DNA from: Bugula neritina
Taxonomy: Eukaryota > Animalia > Bryozoa
Length of the DNA stretch: 64,000 nucleotides
Direction: 5' to 3'
Assembly: GCA_964035545.1 (NCBI GenBank)
Contig: OZ037771.1
Location: forward strand, 6,791,190 to 6,855,189
Below the pieces are notes generated by a model that worked only from the letters and a program-made list of their open reading frames with translations, was not told the origin of the DNA and did not search any database. Positions 61,682-64,000 of this stretch are shown piece after piece; position 1 is the first letter of the stretch, and the number at the start of each line of letters is the position of its first letter. Position numbers and translations under genes: made by a program.

Positions 61682-63510
61682 ATGGATTCTTGGTTTCATG
61701 CTGCAGTGCACAGCTCTGATGGCAATCAGAAGATGGTAGCTGAAGATCCTCTAAGAAAATTATGTCTTGGCAAGCTTAAGAACGTGCCCGCCCAAGTTGT
61801 GTGTATTGCATTAGTGGTCCTACAGGCTGTGCTTCTCAATCATCATTTACAATCTGTGAGTATTGAATGCTTAATTTCTTTTAATCTCTGAGCTGGCTTT
61901 TCAAGACACAAATCACTTGGAGGTTTTGACATATCTGATTAAGTATAAATATTTACAAAAATAATATATACTATGTTTTATAATAATTATGTAATGTATA
62001 TGAAAAGGAAGCATATCCAAAATAGTTATACTGCTATTATTTAATAAAGTTCAAAATGATTATAATATATAATATAGTTTTTAGACAAAATACAATAGGC
62101 TATATACTCTATATAGCTCTATGAATTGCACATACAAGACTTTCTTTAGTTAATTTTTTTTACTAAAACTAAACTATTATAACATATATATGTAAAAATA
62201 AAACCAGATATGTTAAGCAATACGATCTGTACAAAAACTTGAATATTCTACCTGTAGACTAGCAATGACGTAAGGTTGTGGAGCTGGTTTGTGGGTGATG
62301 TTGCCGTTGTAACTAGTTTTGTTTTTACCTTTTACTTCCGAGAGTGGAGAATCAAGCATGTAGCCGATAGGCATCAAGAGCCGACAGGATTTGCTAAAGG
62401 TATTCACTGAGTGTACATACATTGTATATACATATGTATGTTTAATATGTTACTTACAGTTGATGTCCATGTATACACTATATAGGTTTTTCTTATCTGC
62501 ATTGACTTGGTGCATATCTATAAACAATTATAAGAAATTTATGGACACTTTAAAGCGGCGTAAAGTGAAATGAGTATTTATGTTATACAATTGAGCTTCA
62601 GCATATACATATATTTTTTAATTATATTAGAAATGGTAAATTACAACAAATTGCAACACCAAAATAAGTAGAAATGATAAAGCACCTATTTAAGTTATAC
62701 TTTCAAAAGAAAACTCACGCAAGTTTATAGTCGCTATCCTTATGAGAAACCCCCCCCCCATGGAAGAGCTTTTTGTTAAATCAGGCTAAGGACTTATTAA
62801 AATGAGGCACAGGAGCAATTATGACTGGATGCTCTTCCTAACATCACCAATGGTCTTTGTCTGGGCTCGAACCCATAACCCTTACTATGCAAACGCTTTA
62901 ACCCCTAGACCACGGCTGCTCCCTTGAGTTATACTTTAAACCAACACTTTTATTAGTAGCACTGTTATTGTAATTCAACAGAACTTTGCTTGTGAACGGC
63001 TCAAGTATTCCAAACCTTTACCATTATTTTTGAAGTTTTCTTCGAATAACAATAATTCCTGAATTTCTTAAAGATGTTACCAGATCTTGGGCTAAGCACA
63101 TTACACAGGCATTTTATTTTATTGCATTAGTTTTTGCATGCTAAGAAAATATAATTTTCAATTACGAAGACCTTTTACCAACATTTTTAAGGAGTTCATT
63201 TAAGTGCAGATCGCCAGGAATTAGGTTACTTTTTCTCAGACAGTTAGCACTTTCCAGGTTTCATGACCAGGTTTTCCATAATGTAATGTGTAGGCATGCT
63301 TTCATAAGCTGATGACATTCTCTAGTTTACATCTCAACAGTAATTGGTTTATAACAATTGGTAATAACTCACAACTATTGTTTTAGGTCTGCCATTTGGC
63401 AGTATCAGTTGGCTGGTATACGCAATACTGCTGGGAGCCAGGGTGGCAGTTGTGTTCAAAAAGGATTTGCACAGTGGCCATGACATTGTAGATCTAAAGC
63501 TAACAATCAG
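61682..63510 (+). CDS. TMEM121: TMEM121/CECR6-family protein, paralog b (5' part; continues beyond the window)
   Basis: Exons 61682-61855 (MDSWFHAAV...NHHLQS), 62258-62399 (TSNDVRLWSWFVGDV...GFAK), 63387-63510 (GLPFGSISWLVYA...DLKLTI). Intron phases match paralog a, and exon sizes are 174/142/124 versus 174/148/124. Confidence 0.85.
62712..62920 (-). mobile_element. tRNA-derived SINE (family 1), TMEM121b intron 2
   Basis: The reverse complement reads gcagccgtggtctaggggttaaag..gggttcgagcccagacaaagaccattggtgatgttaggaagagcatccagtc..gcgactataaacttgcgtgag. Confidence 0.8.
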
Positions 63511-64000
63511 GTGGGTTCAAGGTCACACTCCGCACAATGTAGTAGCTGCAGGCTGTACATATCTTAAACTCAGTCTAGCGCTTGGTTCAATTGAATGAAT
63601 ATTGTCAGATAAAAAGAGAAAATTTTTGATTTTTGTTGAATAAAGTTGAAACTGAAATACTCAAGATTGAGTCATCACGGAGTGTATATATCAACGATGA
63701 TTTGATTTTTATTGCTGGCATATAATAACATAATGTTATAGATATATTACACCACATGTAATAATACCTAGTTATATTCACATCACGTATAATAATATTA
63801 AGCTATATTATATTAGATATAGTTGTATGTTATCATAGACTTTCACTTTATGTTTAGAGCGACATGAAATTTTATGATGAGACTATCTTGTCGTGGCCAT
63901 GAGTTGCAGCTGTTTGTATTTTTTAAAGCTCAAAACCTCTATAGTTACTTGAGTTCTCTAACTTAAATTTATCCAGCTTTGAGTATGAAGGCATTTTTTC

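Overview
AT-rich, intron-containing animal genomic DNA, probably an invertebrate (the taxon cannot be fixed from sequence alone). Most ORFs in the supplied track are exon fragments or spurious, so I rebuilt spliced models by hand from GT-AG sites and intron phase. The window contains: (1) a complete 6-exon TMEM121/CECR6-family gene on the minus strand (7403-3081) and the first 3 coding exons of a divergently oriented paralog at the right edge (61682 onward, +); (2) a tandem array of three 8-exon MFSD4/NaGLT1-like MFS transporter genes on the minus strand (11767-44020). The middle copy is a chimera made by a ~12 kb duplication with breakpoints in exon 6, the left copy carries a nonsense mutation, and all three keep a conserved poison-exon-like element in intron 3; (3) a 3-exon secreted, strongly acidic Ly6/three-finger protein gene with a TATA/Inr promoter, invisible in the ORF track (48494-47754, -); (4) a 9-coding-exon RRM gene (51900-57914, +) with one exon made of a 21-bp minisatellite encoding VPPSHHK heptads. 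It also carries tRNA-derived SINEs, several non-autonomous DNA transposons, and mini- and microsatellites.
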